IMG/VR virus record: IMGVR_UViG_3300005613_000011
Span: 32,001 to 96,000 of that record
Length of the DNA: 64,000 nt
Origin: a virus
Strand: one strand, 5' to 3'
Of the stretch, positions 48,687-56,642 are shown in pieces. A program made the translations under genes and the position numbers. The notes beneath the pieces are model-generated. The model made no database searches. It had not been told where the DNA came from and saw only the letters and a program-made list of their open reading frames with translations. Each line of letters opens with the position of its first letter. The first letter of the stretch is position 1.

Positions 48687-49484
48687 GTGAAAGATATATC
48701 TAATATTAAATCTAAGTACGAGAAGTATTATGCCAAGAAATGTTTTGGCGGGACTAGTATATCTCTTTGTCCACATGGGGAGAAGTGTGTATGTAAGATA
48801 GCTGCTGAAATCAGAGCTTACATGCATTGTATCATACCCCATCCATATTACAAATATACGATATGGGATTTTACTGGTTTAATAAATCGGAAAATGGCGT
48901 TACCAGCGAAAGTTGTTAGTGACGCAAAAGAAGTTTTACTTAATTATTGCTGGTATGGTGTGACTTTGGACGATTTACAACTCTATGCGAATAACAAAGA
49001 TGAATTGAAATTAGATCAAAAATCCATAATGAATGCCAGGCGTACAAATGGTACTAATTTGATTATATATTCTCCTAGCAAATCACAAACAGGGAAAACT
49101 CTTTTGGCTTCTATAGCAATGAGAGAAGCAATAAAGCAGAGATCGAAACCAGGTCATTTTGTTGATACATATGACTGGATATCATTTGTTATGCTTAAGG
49201 ACTTAATAAGGAAAAAGAGCGATAAAGTTTCATATCTCGAATCTTGTGATTGGTTGGTGGTAGATAATATTGTTAATGATACCGGAGTCTCCAGGGCATC
49301 CGAATCTTACATCTCTTCTATAATAGATCCGTTTTTTACCGAAAGACTAGAAGACGGATTTCCGACAATATTTGTATTTAAGTTTGATATAGAAGAAGAA
49401 TCGATTAGATGGGAAGAAAAATTTGGTTTGGCTATAGCAAATGTAGTTAAGAATTATTCAAAATATAAAATAAAATTGTTTTGA
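48687..49484 (+). CDS. DnaC/IstB-like ATPase (helicase loader)
   Basis: QTGKTLLAS Walker A; CDWLVVDNI Walker B; ERLEDGFPTIF; adjacent to DnaB. Confidence 0.7.
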   Translation: MKDISNIKSKYEKYYAKKCFGGTSISLCPHGEKCVCKIAAEIRAYMHCIIPHPYYKYTIWDFTGLINRKMALPAKVVSDAKEVLLNYCWYGVTLDDLQLYANNKDELKLDQKSIMNARRTNGTNLIIYSPSKSQTGKTLLASIAMREAIKQRSKPGHFVDTYDWISFVMLKDLIRKKSDKVSYLESCDWLVVDNIVNDTGVSRASESYISSIIDPFFTERLEDGFPTIFVFKFDIEEESIRWEEKFGLAIANVVKNYSKYKIKLF

Positions 49485-49485
49485 T

Positions 49486-50991
49486 ATGAGTGAAAAAGAT
49501 AAACTACAAAACGAGATGGACTTTTTGAGTCTGTTGTTAAGGCACAAAGATCTTGTTGATGAATGGATATCAGAAGGACCGGAGATTAAATTCTTTGATG
49601 AAATTCATCATCCTATTCTCGATGCTGTAAGAGTTGCATTTAATCAAAATGTGTTGTTAACAAGAAGGCAATTTGTAGATATACTGAAAGCTGGACCATA
49701 TAAAAAAGTCGATATTATCTCCCAAGAGTATCTCTATAATAGGATCAATCATAATATCTCAAATGCCAAAAGAGATGATTTTTATCATTTGAGATCTAAG
49801 ATTGTAGAATCTCACATTTCTAAATATATAGTCTCTTATATAGACGATTATAGCAGGGAATTGAAGGATAAAGGAGGGTTGTTTGCATCAAAGAAATTAT
49901 CTTCTCGCTTGTCTCGTTTGATGGTTGACAGTGAAGATACAAAGCAAGCCGTTTACGAGGATGTTCGTGAATATTATCCTGACTATATCAAAGAGATAGA
50001 AGAAAAAGCATCTAAAGAAGATGAAGATATTATTACTTGTGGGATTAAAGAGATAGATTATGCTATGGTCGTTGGTTTTGCCCCTGGTACTTTGACATTG
50101 TTTTGTGCAGATGTTGGAGCTTATAAAAGTACTATGATGCTAAACATAGCCGTTAACATATGGAAATCTGGCGATAAAAATGTTTTAGTTGTCCCTCTTG
50201 AGATGCCGAGAAGTCTATGGTTACAAAAAATGATGTCAAGAGAGACAAAGATACCATTTGATAAAATCCAACATCCAAAGATGCTTAATGAAGAGGATTG
50301 GAATAAATTAAAAAATGAGAGTCAAAAATGGGATAATTTGAAAAAGTTCTATATTATGGAGGCACCTGAAAGAATACCTATCTCATATTTGAGAAGAGAA
50401 ATTGAAAAACATATAGACAGTTTTAAACCTGATGTAGTTATAGTTGATTATATTGCCAATTTGGTATCCGAGAGAAGCTGGGAATCTCTTAGAAGTGACG
50501 AACAAATAGGTAATATGCTTAAAGATTTGCGCCAGCTTGGTCGTCCTGGCGGGATGGGTCTACATAAGGGAGGTTTTTCTGTTATTTCTGGAGCACAAAT
50601 AAACAGGGAAGGGTTGAAGAGATATAGGAAAAGTGGAGCAGTTAAAGGAAGTTTCTTTTCCGAAGACATTCACGGTTCTCATCAGTATTCAGCAGACGCA
50701 GATAATATTTTCGGACAGATGAAAGATATGAGCAATAGTGATCGTTTGCATATATTTGTCATAAAGACCAGGTATGGAAGAGGAATTTTCCCGAACGGTT
50801 CCAGTAAAACTGCTCTTGAGGTACAGGGGAATATAGGTCTTATTAAAGGGGAGAATACTGATTGGATTGACGAGATAGCTCAAGAAACTATTCTGTCGAA
50901 AGTTGACGATCCTTTAGAAGACTTTGATGCCAGCGAACTTGGTTTGGTCACTGATGGAGATTTGCCTTGGGGAGATATTGAGAAGATATGA
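49486..50991 (+). CDS. dnaB: Replicative DNA helicase, DnaB-like
   Basis: ADVGAYKST, LEMP, VIVDYI, AQINREG, DADNI and KTRYG motifs. Confidence 0.85.
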   Translation: MSEKDKLQNEMDFLSLLLRHKDLVDEWISEGPEIKFFDEIHHPILDAVRVAFNQNVLLTRRQFVDILKAGPYKKVDIISQEYLYNRINHNISNAKRDDFYHLRSKIVESHISKYIVSYIDDYSRELKDKGGLFASKKLSSRLSRLMVDSEDTKQAVYEDVREYYPDYIKEIEEKASKEDEDIITCGIKEIDYAMVVGFAPGTLTLFCADVGAYKSTMMLNIAVNIWKSGDKNVLVVPLEMPRSLWLQKMMSRETKIPFDKIQHPKMLNEEDWNKLKNESQKWDNLKKFYIMEAPERIPISYLRREIEKHIDSFKPDVVIVDYIANLVSERSWESLRSDEQIGNMLKDLRQLGRPGGMGLHKGGFSVISGAQINREGLKRYRKSGAVKGSFFSEDIHGSHQYSADADNIFGQMKDMSNSDRLHIFVIKTRYGRGIFPNGSSKTALEVQGNIGLIKGENTDWIDEIAQETILSKVDDPLEDFDASELGLVTDGDLPWGDIEKI

Positions 50992-51668
50992 TGAGAGACA
51001 GTCTACATACACTTCATTCTATTAGAAAAAAACATAAGATAGTTGACTATCTCGATTCTAAGGGAATTCAACCAGTAGGATCTTATGGAGATAAATTCTC
51101 TTACCTGTGTCCTCTCCATAAAGAATCTCAGCCTTCTTTCGTAGTATATTTGCCACAAAAAGAAGATGAATATGAGAATTATTTTTGTTTTGGATGCAAA
51201 CAAAACGGTTGCATTATATCTTTGTATTCAAAATTAGAGAGTGTCTCTTGGAAAGATGCGATCATTGCGCTTTCAGATGATTTGGAAATTACTGAAACAA
51301 GTGAAATAGATTTTCTTGTCAAAATATTAAATAATCAGATTGGCAACGAAGATCCTAATGATGTAAATGAAATTGGCAGATTGTCTCTTAGCCTAAGTCT
51401 TATCGGGTATATGCATGCCAAGTACACAAAATGCGATACTGAAGAAATGGAATTTCTTGAAAATTTTTACAGGAAAATTGATGAAATAGTTGAAAAAGAA
51501 AGTTTAGAAGACATGCAAAAATTATATCTTTATGTTATGGATAAAATAGTGGAGAAAAGAGACGGAGAAGAATTGACTCCATTTTTGTATAGGCAAAAAG
51601 AGTGGGAAAACCGAGAAAGACAGAAAATAATAGAATGTGCTAAGGCATATGAAAGGATAGGTAATTGA
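50988..51668 (+). CDS. Stand-alone primase-type CHC2 zinc-binding protein
   Basis: CPLHKESQPSF...YFCFGC...G; no TOPRIM domain follows. Confidence 0.75.
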   Translation: MMRDSLHTLHSIRKKHKIVDYLDSKGIQPVGSYGDKFSYLCPLHKESQPSFVVYLPQKEDEYENYFCFGCKQNGCIISLYSKLESVSWKDAIIALSDDLEITETSEIDFLVKILNNQIGNEDPNDVNEIGRLSLSLSLIGYMHAKYTKCDTEEMEFLENFYRKIDEIVEKESLEDMQKLYLYVMDKIVEKRDGEELTPFLYRQKEWENRERQKIIECAKAYERIGN

Positions 51669-52549
51669 ATATCATTAATACTATTATAAATAAGGATGTT
51701 TTAGAAGGTCTCAAAGATATAACAGACGAAATTGTTTCGTTGACAACTACCTCACCTCCGTATAACGTTTTAAGTGGTTCAAAAAATTATGATTCTATAG
51801 ACGATGATTTGCCATATAAAGAATATCTTGATTGGCTTAAGAAAGTTTTTACTGAAGTATTCAGAGTGACACGCCCCGGCGGTAGGTGCGCTATTAATAT
51901 TGACGCAATGACCAACAGGCAAGACGATAAAGATCAAGAATATGTAAGATGCATATATGCACATTTATATAACATAATGACAGAAATAGGTTGGAAGTTC
52001 AGGACTGAAATTTGCTGGTATAAGCAAAATACTGTTGGGAAAAAAACAGCTCATGGTAGTTGGGACTCGTGTTCTAACCCTGTTATTAAGAGAAACCATG
52101 AATATGTTCTTGTATTTTCAAAAGATTCTTGGAGACTGGAAGGAGATGATGAGTTATCTGATATGACTTCGGAAGAATTTCTTAGGTATACTATGAGCTG
52201 TTGGGGAGTTGAGAATAAAGACAGAATCGCTCCTGAAACTAGGAATCTTTGTGGTCATCCATGCCCATTTTGTGAAGAACTTGTCAAGCGTTTGATAAAG
52301 CTATTTTCTTATCGTGGGGATTTGGTACTTGATCCTTTTAATGGGACTGGCACTACAACTTGTGTAGCAAAAAAACTATCAAGGAATTATATAGGAATAG
52401 ATATAAGCGAAGATTATTGCGAGTATGCCAGGCAACGTACCGCTCAAGTGATTGATCTATTTGAGGTAAAATATATTCCTAGATCTGAAAGATTAAAACG
52501 AAAAAAAAAGAAAGAAGAAAAAGTAGAGGATATGTTTGCAAGTGACTGA
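51665..52549 (+). CDS. N4-cytosine/N6-adenine DNA methyltransferase (beta class)
   Basis: TSPPY...HPCPFCEEL...VLDPFNGTGTT. Confidence 0.9.
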   Translation: MNIINTIINKDVLEGLKDITDEIVSLTTTSPPYNVLSGSKNYDSIDDDLPYKEYLDWLKKVFTEVFRVTRPGGRCAINIDAMTNRQDDKDQEYVRCIYAHLYNIMTEIGWKFRTEICWYKQNTVGKKTAHGSWDSCSNPVIKRNHEYVLVFSKDSWRLEGDDELSDMTSEEFLRYTMSCWGVENKDRIAPETRNLCGHPCPFCEELVKRLIKLFSYRGDLVLDPFNGTGTTTCVAKKLSRNYIGIDISEDYCEYARQRTAQVIDLFEVKYIPRSERLKRKKKKEEKVEDMFASD

Positions 52550-53012
52550 ACCTGAGAATAATTTTGAATTTGAATTACACTTTTCTGACCTGACTATACT
52601 TGAAGGTGATGGAGAGTATGCTGAGGTCAAAAAGATCATGGAAAGTGGATTGTATAAGGACGCTACATGGATGTTGCGTTCTGATTTGACTATAGATTTT
52701 CCTGCTGGTTCTTGTATACTGATTTTACATTTCTATAGTGACGGGAATATATATATAATGGATTACAAGTCGTCAGTATCGGATGTATTTTACAACCCTG
52801 ACATACCTTGTATCTCGATGTGGGCGCAGGAAAATGGTTGGAATATTCCTCAGCCTCATCCTGACCTGATTAAGACAGGACTAGATTTCTGGAAGCATTT
52901 TTGGGATACGAGAATTATTGATTCTGATTATTTAGACCAGAAATACGGAGAAAGACATATTGTCGATTATGTCGATGATGATATAGACGACGATATAGAG
53001 GAAGATAAATGA
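52536..53012 (+). CDS. Hypothetical acidic protein
   Basis: Coupled ORF. Confidence 0.55.
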   Translation: MQVTEPENNFEFELHFSDLTILEGDGEYAEVKKIMESGLYKDATWMLRSDLTIDFPAGSCILILHFYSDGNIYIMDYKSSVSDVFYNPDIPCISMWAQENGWNIPQPHPDLIKTGLDFWKHFWDTRIIDSDYLDQKYGERHIVDYVDDDIDDDIEEDK

Positions 53013-53233
53013 GAACCGTTTCTTGTCCATTTTGCGGTAAAGCATATGATATAGAATATGATCATTTTTTTGGTAAGATATGTAAATGTGGATTTGATAT
53101 ACCTCCAGATGAAGACATTGATCTTGTTAAAAAAAATAAAATAAAGAATGAAGAATTAAAGCAAATAGCTATTGGTTCTGTAAAAGCCAAATACTCTTTT
53201 TTGAAGAGTATGAATCGTGAGGTTCAAAGGTAA
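53009..53233 (+). CDS. Small zinc-ribbon protein
   Basis: CPFC...CKCG; GAGG SD. Confidence 0.6.
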   Translation: MRTVSCPFCGKAYDIEYDHFFGKICKCGFDIPPDEDIDLVKKNKIKNEELKQIAIGSVKAKYSFLKSMNREVQR

Positions 53234-53237
53234 TTAC

Positions 53238-53291
53238 TTGGTTAGGGATCTTTAACTAGGAAAGTTAATGCAGAAGTTATTAGAAAAGTTT
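53238..53291 (+). repeat. Partial second copy of the omega-RNA segment at 43128-43181
   Basis: TTGGTTAGGGATCTTTAACTAGGAAAGTTAATGCAGAAGTTATTAGAAAAGTT vs TTGATTAGGGAGCTTAACTTAGGAAAAAGTTATGCAGAAGTTATTAGAAAAGTT. Confidence 0.75.
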
Positions 53292-53307
53292 AAAAGGAAA
53301 TTTCGAC

Positions 53308-53844
53308 ATGATTAATTCCGACAATAAAAAAGTGACTGTTGATTTTATTTGGACTTCACCATCTTTAAAAGATGTTACGTTTCATATTAAACATCATCAT
53401 ACTGAGGAATATGGACCGACTATATCAATCTCTCAAGATGCTGATTCGTTTTATGCGTTTCCGGCAGGAATGTTTGCAGAGATAGTTGATTTTTTGCGTT
53501 CAGAGGGAGTTATGAAGCAGGGAGATGTTAAGGTTAAAGAAATCCCACAAGAAAAGAAGAGCAAATTGTCTGTCCCTGTAATTGAAAATGTTTCAGGGGG
53601 GAAAGAACAGGAACCTGATATTGCACCTATTCTTGAAGTAAAAGGAGAGCCAGTAGAGACGTTTTTTGATGGTGGTTCACAAAAATCGTCACAGGAGCCA
53701 CAGTATACCCCAGGATCAACTAAAGTTGATAAACTGGCGTCAGATACGGATGCTGAAGACATGGCTTTAGAGCGGCAAACCGCTGCTAGTAAAGCTAAAA
53801 AGACACCTGGTTTTAAACTCTCTCATAAGTCTAAAGAAGAATAG
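53308..53844 (+). CDS. Hypothetical protein
   Basis: 178-aa ORF. Confidence 0.6.
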   Translation: MINSDNKKVTVDFIWTSPSLKDVTFHIKHHHTEEYGPTISISQDADSFYAFPAGMFAEIVDFLRSEGVMKQGDVKVKEIPQEKKSKLSVPVIENVSGGKEQEPDIAPILEVKGEPVETFFDGGSQKSSQEPQYTPGSTKVDKLASDTDAEDMALERQTAASKAKKTPGFKLSHKSKEE

Positions 53845-53847
53845 TAG

Positions 53848-54063
53848 ATGGAATATAAATGTGAAACTATTTCGTTGCAGAAAATGTTGATAGGACCGAA
53901 GGGATCTCTTGAACCTCTTTGTAATATTTGTAAAGCAAAAGATTGTACAAACCCTGTCCAGTGGCAGAATATCAGTATAATGGGGGTAAAAAAGAAGTTT
54001 AAAATACTTACAGTAGGTGATTACTACTATGCCGTAATAAAGTGCGAAGGATTCCTGCCATGA
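53848..54063 (+). CDS. Small Cys-rich hypothetical protein
   Basis: CNICKAKDC. Confidence 0.55.
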   Translation: MEYKCETISLQKMLIGPKGSLEPLCNICKAKDCTNPVQWQNISIMGVKKKFKILTVGDYYYAVIKCEGFLP

Positions 54064-54872
54064 GAAAATTTTCTATAAAAGATTGGCTCAGTTACAAAAA
54101 GGCTAGAGACGTTGCTTATAAAGCACAATACAATCTTTCTATGGACAGGATGAAGAAAGTTAAATCCAGTTTTTCCACCAAGATTATAAAATATAAAGAT
54201 TGTAAAAAGGCTTATGATTATGTTGATAAACTTTTCCCGAAAGCAGAAGTAAAAAAGGTCACAATATATCGTGTTTCTCAAAGTTGCCTTAACAGAATCG
54301 GCCTCAAAGGTGTCGGAGGTTGTTATGATCGAATATCTCAGATCGTAGTTGTTGCCGAAGACATGGATTTTTCTCACAGCAAAAAGAAGGACTCTACCTG
54401 GTCAACTATTGTAGCCAAAGCGGAAACTGACGAAGTTGTTGTACACGAGCTTCTCCATTATGTATCAATGCATAATAAAGGTCGTGTAACAAGCATGCAC
54501 ATGGAAGAAGAATTTGCCTATGGAAACTCTCTTGCATATTTGAAAGCGAATGGTCGTGATGATGACGATATTATCAATAATAATTTTCTTCCATACTTTA
54601 TGACTGCTGTTGATAGTAGAAAGATAGCTAGAAAAGTACTTGCTAAAAATGGATACGATATTTCAGAAGTAGCAACTAAGACTGAGAGCGAAAGAAAAAA
54701 GATCTTCAAGAAAGTTGACAAGGAACTTTTTGGAGAGACAAAGAAACAAGCGATAGTCAGAGCAAAAGAATTAATGCGCATATATTCGGGAAATTATATT
54801 GATGCCGAAGATGCTGTCGTCGATAATAGTAATGATAATGAATTTAGCATGATTGATTTTGGAGAATTTTAA
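54060..54872 (+). CDS. Putative zinc metallopeptidase (HExxH)
   Basis: VVVHELLH...EEEFAY. Start taken at the ATGA overlap at 54060. Confidence 0.6.
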   Translation: MRKFSIKDWLSYKKARDVAYKAQYNLSMDRMKKVKSSFSTKIIKYKDCKKAYDYVDKLFPKAEVKKVTIYRVSQSCLNRIGLKGVGGCYDRISQIVVVAEDMDFSHSKKKDSTWSTIVAKAETDEVVVHELLHYVSMHNKGRVTSMHMEEEFAYGNSLAYLKANGRDDDDIINNNFLPYFMTAVDSRKIARKVLAKNGYDISEVATKTESERKKIFKKVDKELFGETKKQAIVRAKELMRIYSGNYIDAEDAVVDNSNDNEFSMIDFGEF

Positions 54873-54909
54873 CATACCAATCTATTGCAATTAAATAGGA
54901 AACGAGAAA

Positions 54910-55104
54910 ATGGCGAATGAAGTTCAGTGTGATAAGTGTATAAATATTATAACAAAAGAGTTTTCCGGCTCTATTGCTGACAGAGTAGGCCGGTTGGTGT
55001 CAGAAATTATGAAAGAAGACATGATTGGTTGTAAAATTAACGATAAAATTAAGAGTTACTTAGATGCGAAGCGTCTTTGTCCTCTTAAGAAAGAAGTCGA
55101 TTAG
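54910..55104 (+). CDS. Hypothetical protein
   Basis: 64-aa ORF with CDKC. Confidence 0.5.
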   Translation: MANEVQCDKCINIITKEFSGSIADRVGRLVSEIMKEDMIGCKINDKIKSYLDAKRLCPLKKEVD

Positions 55105-55906
55105 GTTTTTTCTTTTTTACTGGATAAGCAGAGCGATATTTTTTCCAGACATTGTATTTTCTGTTCAGGTAAATTGATGCATCCGAATAAAGCCATTGAA
55201 GAATCTGTTCGCATTGTTTTGAACCACCGATTTCTAGAATGTATGCCTTGCCAGTTCTTTGATATTTTTTAGATTTATAATTAAATATGGTTATGAAAAA
55301 GGATTGTAAACTATCAAGAAAATTCTTAGTTCCTATGGTGAAGATTCTCATTTGTGGTGTGTTTTGGTTTTTTCTACAAATATTTATACACCCATCGCCA
55401 TCAAAATATCCTCGTATAAAATGATTCAACAGAAAATTTGGAATGTTTGGAAATTTTAATTTTAAACTTTTTCTTGGTATGCATCCGTGTTTAATAAGAT
55501 CATTACATAGTATGTTAGAATAATGTCTACTTTCAATAATTTCTCTACCGTCTTTTAGTTTGTATTTTCTAGCTTTGATTTTTGAGTCAAGAAAGGTATG
55601 AAATTTTTTAAAATGTATTTCATCTTTTCCTGCTAATTTAAGGTGAAACCACTTTGTGTTTCCTTTAACGTTTATATATCCATCTGCCATTAAAAACCCA
55701 AGCCAATATGAGGTTTGTTCATTTTTAATGGTTTTGAAAGCGTGTTCGTTAAACCTTACATTCTTTTTGGTTAAATTGTGTTTTTTTAAATGGTAATAAA
55801 AACCGTTTCTTGATAAACCAACTAATTTGGCTATTTCTGGTACAGGTTTGTTAAAATTGTTATCAAGGAGTTTTAGTAATTCAGATTTTGTAAATTTATG
55901 TTTCAT
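55085..55906 (-). CDS. Free-standing LAGLIDADG homing endonuclease with N-terminal HTH
   Basis: YWLGFLMADG and HFIRGYFDGDG motifs; YLNRKY tail; the only intact minus-strand gene. Confidence 0.9.
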   Translation of the reverse strand: MKHKFTKSELLKLLDNNFNKPVPEIAKLVGLSRNGFYYHLKKHNLTKKNVRFNEHAFKTIKNEQTSYWLGFLMADGYINVKGNTKWFHLKLAGKDEIHFKKFHTFLDSKIKARKYKLKDGREIIESRHYSNILCNDLIKHGCIPRKSLKLKFPNIPNFLLNHFIRGYFDGDGCINICRKNQNTPQMRIFTIGTKNFLDSLQSFFITIFNYKSKKYQRTGKAYILEIGGSKQCEQILQWLYSDASIYLNRKYNVWKKYRSAYPVKKKKPNRLLS

Positions 55907-55911
55907 ACTTG

Positions 55912-55941
55912 TGTATTACTTATAAGGCATAAATATCCTTT
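55912..55941 (-). promoter_or_regulatory. Putative phage promoter AAAGGA-N15-AGTAATACA upstream of the endonuclease
   Basis: Recurring motif, located only a few nt before ATG 55906. Confidence 0.45.
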
Positions 55942-56010
55942 AAATAATTTGATAATTTTTTATATTATTTGCCGATAATTAATTGAAATAATTTAGAATT
56001 TATAGGAGTA

Positions 56011-56286
56011 TTGGGCATCCCCTTATACGAGTATTTCCATCCCGAGACAGGCGAAATATTTGAAGTGTTACGTCCGATAAAGGACAGAAAGAAAAAACAC
56101 GAAGCTCCAGACGGGGTTATGTGCGATCCAGTAGAAGTTCCTGGCAGCATGGGATATTGCGGAGCATCCGAGAACAGTAGAGAAGGGTTTCAGATGGACC
56201 CAGAACTGTATAAGAAGCGAAACCCTAAATTTGTGCGTTATAGGGATGGTCATCGGGAAAGATACGACCCGACTAAACATTATTGA
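56011..56286 (+). CDS. FmdB-like protein
   Basis: PLYEY...GEIFEV pattern (canonical Cys residues replaced); AGGAG SD before TTG. Confidence 0.55.
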   Translation: MGIPLYEYFHPETGEIFEVLRPIKDRKKKHEAPDGVMCDPVEVPGSMGYCGASENSREGFQMDPELYKKRNPKFVRYRDGHRERYDPTKHY

Positions 56287-56642
56287 TGAGATTCAAGAAA
56301 GTCCAAATTATTCATAGCGTTGTTGCAGATGAAGAAATTAACGATCTTCGAATCGCAAGAACTTTGTTTGAAAACCTGGCTGAAGCTAGCATGGACGTGT
56401 CTATAAAGCACATGTTGCCTGAAATCGGTAGTTATACTTTATGGAAGAAAGCTAGAATAAATTCCGTCGAAGGAGACAAGGTTAATGTCACGGTTTTCTT
56501 CACAGGCGGATCTGCGAAAAATCAATTAGAAATAAAAAATATAATTTTTGTTGGAGTCGTGACTGACAGATCTAATATAATGTTCCATAAGGAAGAAATA
56601 ACAAGATATGATTTTTTAGATTTAAGTAGTAATGACGAATAA
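56283..56642 (+). CDS. Hypothetical protein
   Basis: Coupled ORF. Confidence 0.55.
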   Translation: MMRFKKVQIIHSVVADEEINDLRIARTLFENLAEASMDVSIKHMLPEIGSYTLWKKARINSVEGDKVNVTVFFTGGSAKNQLEIKNIIFVGVVTDRSNIMFHKEEITRYDFLDLSSNDE

